Source of the DNA: Candidatus Latescibacterota bacterium
Lineage (GTDB): Bacteria; Latescibacterota; UBA2968; UBA8231
Reading direction: 5' to 3'
NCBI GenBank assembly: GCA_965221775.1
Contig: CBDCSU010000006.1
Span: 1,696,001 to 1,760,000 of the forward strand
Length of the DNA: 64,000 bases
Shown here: positions 61,059 to 64,000 of the stretch, piece after piece
Layout of the letters: the number at the start of each line of letters is the position of its first letter
Position numbering within the stretch: the stretch's first letter is position 1
The notes under the pieces: generated by a model
Databases searched by the model: none
Told to the model about the DNA's origin: nothing
Seen by the model: only the letters and a program-made list of their open reading frames with translations
Position numbers and translations under genes: made by a program

Positions 61059-62030
61059 TCACTCCCGGAGGCGGCCCCACCGGGTGGCGATGAAGGCGTC
61101 GACGAAGATCTGACCGAGGTGGGAGGTGATGCAGGGGATGGCGAGCAGGCCCTTGAGCCCCGGAGCGATGGCCTCGTCCGGGATCAGGGCGAGGACGGTG
61201 AGGGCCACGGGCAGGGTCTTCTGGCTCGCCATCAGCACCACCGCCTTGCGCGTCGGCCCGTCGAACCGCAGCAGTCGCGCCGCGGCGTCGTTCATCGCCA
61301 GGTAGACGCCGTGAATGACCAGGCCCGCGAGAACCAGCATGAGGAGGCCGGCCAGGGCCACCGCCGCCAGGCGCTCGGAGGAGTCGGAGAACTTCATCCA
61401 CGGGATGCTGATCAGGGCCAGATTGCTCAGGGCGGTGATTCGCGCCCGGTTGGCGTCGGCCCACGACCCCAGGGGCCGGCGCAGCCAGCGGCCGACGGCC
61501 AGTGGCAGCAGGATCGAGAGGCACAGCTTCCCGAGCAGGTCCGTCGCCGACAGCTCCACCTCGCCCATGGCGCCGAGAACGGCGACGAGGACGAAGGGGA
61601 TGGTGAAGACGCCGACGAGGTTCGTGGTCACTGTCAGGAGCAGGGCCAGGGCCACGTTGCCGCGCGCCTGACTGGTCAGGGCGACCCCCGAGGAGAGGGT
61701 CGTCGGCATGCAGACGAAGAGGGCCAGGCCGATCTGGTAGGCGGGCTCCAGGGGCGTGCGGAAGGCGATCAGGGCGCCCACGGCGGGGGTCAGGAGAAGG
61801 ATGGAGAGGGAGCCCCAGGCGGTGGCCTTCCAGGCGCTCAGGGCGGCGCGGATCTCGTCGGTGCGCAGCAGCAGCCCGGCGCAGGCGAAGATGATGCTGA
61901 CCGCCACGTACTGGGTCGGCAGCCGGCCCATGGCCCTCCCCGGCTCGGGCCAGGCGAGGCCGACGACGGCGGCCAGCACCAGGCCGACGGGCAGCATCTG
62001 GCGCTGCAGAAACCCCGCGATATGGGTCAA
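61059..62030 (-). CDS. Bile acid:sodium symporter family transporter
   Basis: MPTTLSSGVALT..A.GN, SQKTLP, H..Q; multi-TM; start uncertain. Confidence 0.85.
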   Translation of the reverse strand: MTHIAGFLQRQMLPVGLVLAAVVGLAWPEPGRAMGRLPTQYVAVSIIFACAGLLLRTDEIRAALSAWKATAWGSLSILLLTPAVGALIAFRTPLEPAYQIGLALFVCMPTTLSSGVALTSQARGNVALALLLTVTTNLVGVFTIPFVLVAVLGAMGEVELSATDLLGKLCLSILLPLAVGRWLRRPLGSWADANRARITALSNLALISIPWMKFSDSSERLAAVALAGLLMLVLAGLVIHGVYLAMNDAAARLLRFDGPTRKAVVLMASQKTLPVALTVLALIPDEAIAPGLKGLLAIPCITSHLGQIFVDAFIATRWGRLRE

Positions 62031-62088
62031 GAGCGGGGGCTGCCGGGACCGCAGGGTGGCACCGCCCGCCGAGGGTGGGCGGAGGACA

Positions 62089-62643
62089 TCAGTTGCCCCG
62101 CAGGACGGACAGCTCCGGCTGCATGAAGCAGACCTCGTCGCACAGCAGGCAGCTGGCGACGTCCTTCTTGCACTCCAGGTGGTGCGCGGAGAGGGCGCCT
62201 CGGAAGACGGCCAGGAACTCGGTGGCGATGGGATCCTCGGAGAACAGGAAGCGGAGGAACCCAACCAGGTGCCCCCTGGCCTCGGAGCTGATCAGGTGCT
62301 CGACCTTGCAGGCGTCGATCTCGGCGTCGTCCTCGTCCATGCCGAGGGCGTCGGAGAGGAACTTCTTCACCACCATGCGCGTGGCTTCGGTCTCCCAGAC
62401 GACCCGCAGACCCTTGTCGGTCAGCTCGAGGAAGCGGTTGTGGTCTTCCTTGATATAGCCCCGTTCCTTCAGGTGCTTCATCGCCGAGGAGACGCTGCCC
62501 TTGGTGATCTTCAGGTGCTTGGCGATATCGGAGACGCGGGCGTAACCGTGCATCTGGCGCAGCTCGTGCACCGACATAAGGTGGTGAGCGGCCGAGTGGG
62601 TGAGCTCGTTCTCGTCGTAGTGCTTCCAGACGTCCTCGAACAT
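62089..62643 (-). CDS. DtxR/MntR family metal-dependent regulator
   Basis: ARVSDIAKHL..KGSVS HTH, DACKVEH. Confidence 0.9.
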   Translation of the reverse strand: MFEDVWKHYDENELTHSAAHHLMSVHELRQMHGYARVSDIAKHLKITKGSVSSAMKHLKERGYIKEDHNRFLELTDKGLRVVWETEATRMVVKKFLSDALGMDEDDAEIDACKVEHLISSEARGHLVGFLRFLFSEDPIATEFLAVFRGALSAHHLECKKDVASCLLCDEVCFMQPELSVLRGN

Positions 62644-62689
62644 GGGTCTTACTCCTCGCCTGCTGGCTTCGCCGGTGACCGGGCCGGGT

Positions 62690-63685
62690 TCAAGCCGCCA
62701 TCCGCGGTATGAGATCCACGCAGCGGTTGGCGTAGCCCCACTCGTTGTCGTACCACCCGAGCACCTTTACCAATGTAGCGCCGACGACGTTCGTCGACCC
62801 GGCGTCGAAGACGCAGGAGGCCGGGTTGCCGATGATGTCGGAGAGCACGAGGGGCTCCTCCGAGTACTCCAGAATGCCCCTGAGGTCGGTCTCGGCGGCC
62901 CGGGCGAAGGCCTGATTGACCTGCTCGCGCGTCACCTCAGCGGAGAGGTGGGCGGTGAAGTCCACGAGCGACCCGTCCGGCGTGGGCACGCGGATCGACA
63001 GGCCGTCGAGCTTTCCCTGCAGCTCGGGCAATACCTTGCCGACGGCCGCCGCAGCCCCCGTGGTCGTCGGGATCATATTCACAGCCGCCGAGCGAGCCCG
63101 CCTCAAATCCTCGTGCGGCAGGTCGAGGATGCGCTGGTCGTTGGTGTAGGAGTGGATGGTGTTCATCATCCCGTGCACGACGCCGAAGCTCTCGTGGAGG
63201 ACCTTGACCATGGGCGCCAGGCAGTTGGTCGTGCACGACGCGTTGGAGACGATGGCGTGTCCAGGCTGCAGGTCGTCCTCGTTGACGCCGATCACCACGG
63301 TCAGGTCCTCTTCCTTGGCCGGGGCCGAGATCAGCACCTTCCGGGCACCGGCGGACAGGTGGGCGGCGGCGGACCCGCGGCGGGTGAACAACCCCGTCGA
63401 CTCGACGACGATCTCCACGCCCACCCTCCCCCAGGGGAGGCTTGCCGGATCGCGCTCGGCGTAGACCGGGATCCGCTTCCCGCCGACCACCAGGTGCTGT
63501 CCATCGGTCGCCACCTCGCTGTCGAAGCGGCCGTGGGTGGAATCGTATTTGAGCAGGTGGGCCAGCGTGGCCGCGTCGGTCAGGTCGTTGATGCCACGCA
63601 CGTCGAGACCTGCCTTGCAGGCGGCGCGGAACACGAGTCTGCCGATCCGGCCGAAACCATTGATGCCGACCCGAATCTCTGCCAT
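62690..63685 (-). CDS. gap: Type I glyceraldehyde-3-phosphate dehydrogenase
   Basis: [30 protein letters not shown]. Confidence 0.98.
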   Translation of the reverse strand: MAEIRVGINGFGRIGRLVFRAACKAGLDVRGINDLTDAATLAHLLKYDSTHGRFDSEVATDGQHLVVGGKRIPVYAERDPASLPWGRVGVEIVVESTGLFTRRGSAAAHLSAGARKVLISAPAKEEDLTVVIGVNEDDLQPGHAIVSNASCTTNCLAPMVKVLHESFGVVHGMMNTIHSYTNDQRILDLPHEDLRRARSAAVNMIPTTTGAAAAVGKVLPELQGKLDGLSIRVPTPDGSLVDFTAHLSAEVTREQVNQAFARAAETDLRGILEYSEEPLVLSDIIGNPASCVFDAGSTNVVGATLVKVLGWYDNEWGYANRCVDLIPRMAA

Positions 63686-64000
63686 GGATTCCTTCTCGTC
63701 CCGGGAACGGTTTTCGCCGGTAGACCGCCAACGCTCCACCCTCGACCCTCGGGGCGTCTTTTCCAGGTCGAGAAGATTGGTGCTGGCGAGGCGGAAGACC
63801 GCCCGGGGAGAAGCGTCTTGGGCGGACGCCGGTGAATGGAGTGCGGCGGGAGCCGCGGGTCTTCCGTTTGCCGTCAATTCGCGGCGTCAATTAGGGTAAG
63901 CAACCATCTCCGTACCGGCAAGGCAGCCCGAGGCCAACTTGCCGTTCAGTACCCGGCCCACTATCGTAAGTCGTTTCCCTCGTGACCGACCTTCTCACGC

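Noticed and set aside
63870-64000. CGTCAATT direct repeat and short ORF-free end region upstream of gap
   Set aside because: Only two 8-bp copies; may be -35 elements but no convincing -10 or RNA structure; truncated by the window edge

Overview
GC-rich bacterial chromosomal window with about 53 CDS and one tRNA-Val(GAC); no CRISPR array, rRNA or intact mobile element is visible. Secreted proteins with dockerin/EF-hand or YPNPFN-type C-terminal domains and the many enolase-superfamily, Gfo/Idh/MocA and amidohydrolase genes suggest an FCB-group organism such as Latescibacterota (inference). Most content is metabolic or housekeeping: SPFH/NfeD operon, peptidoglycan recycling, DUF2723 glycosylation cluster, double-length UvrA, dgcN/dgcA, DNA ligase, NAD-linked formate dehydrogenase and gap. 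The standout is 2668-5769, a 1033-aa single-chain miniature beta-beta' RNA polymerase homologue 2 nt downstream of an ECF sigma gene. It keeps both double-psi barrels, the DFDGD metal triad and the sigma-binding clamp helices, but lacks the lobe, flap, Zn domains, jaw and trigger loop. Secondary oddities are a telescoped hicBA remnant, a degenerate RNB protein, a C2H2-finger protein, a DUF1016N/degenerate nuclease fusion and a tandem pair of secreted beta-helix proteins. All family calls come from motif recognition by eye; no database search was run.
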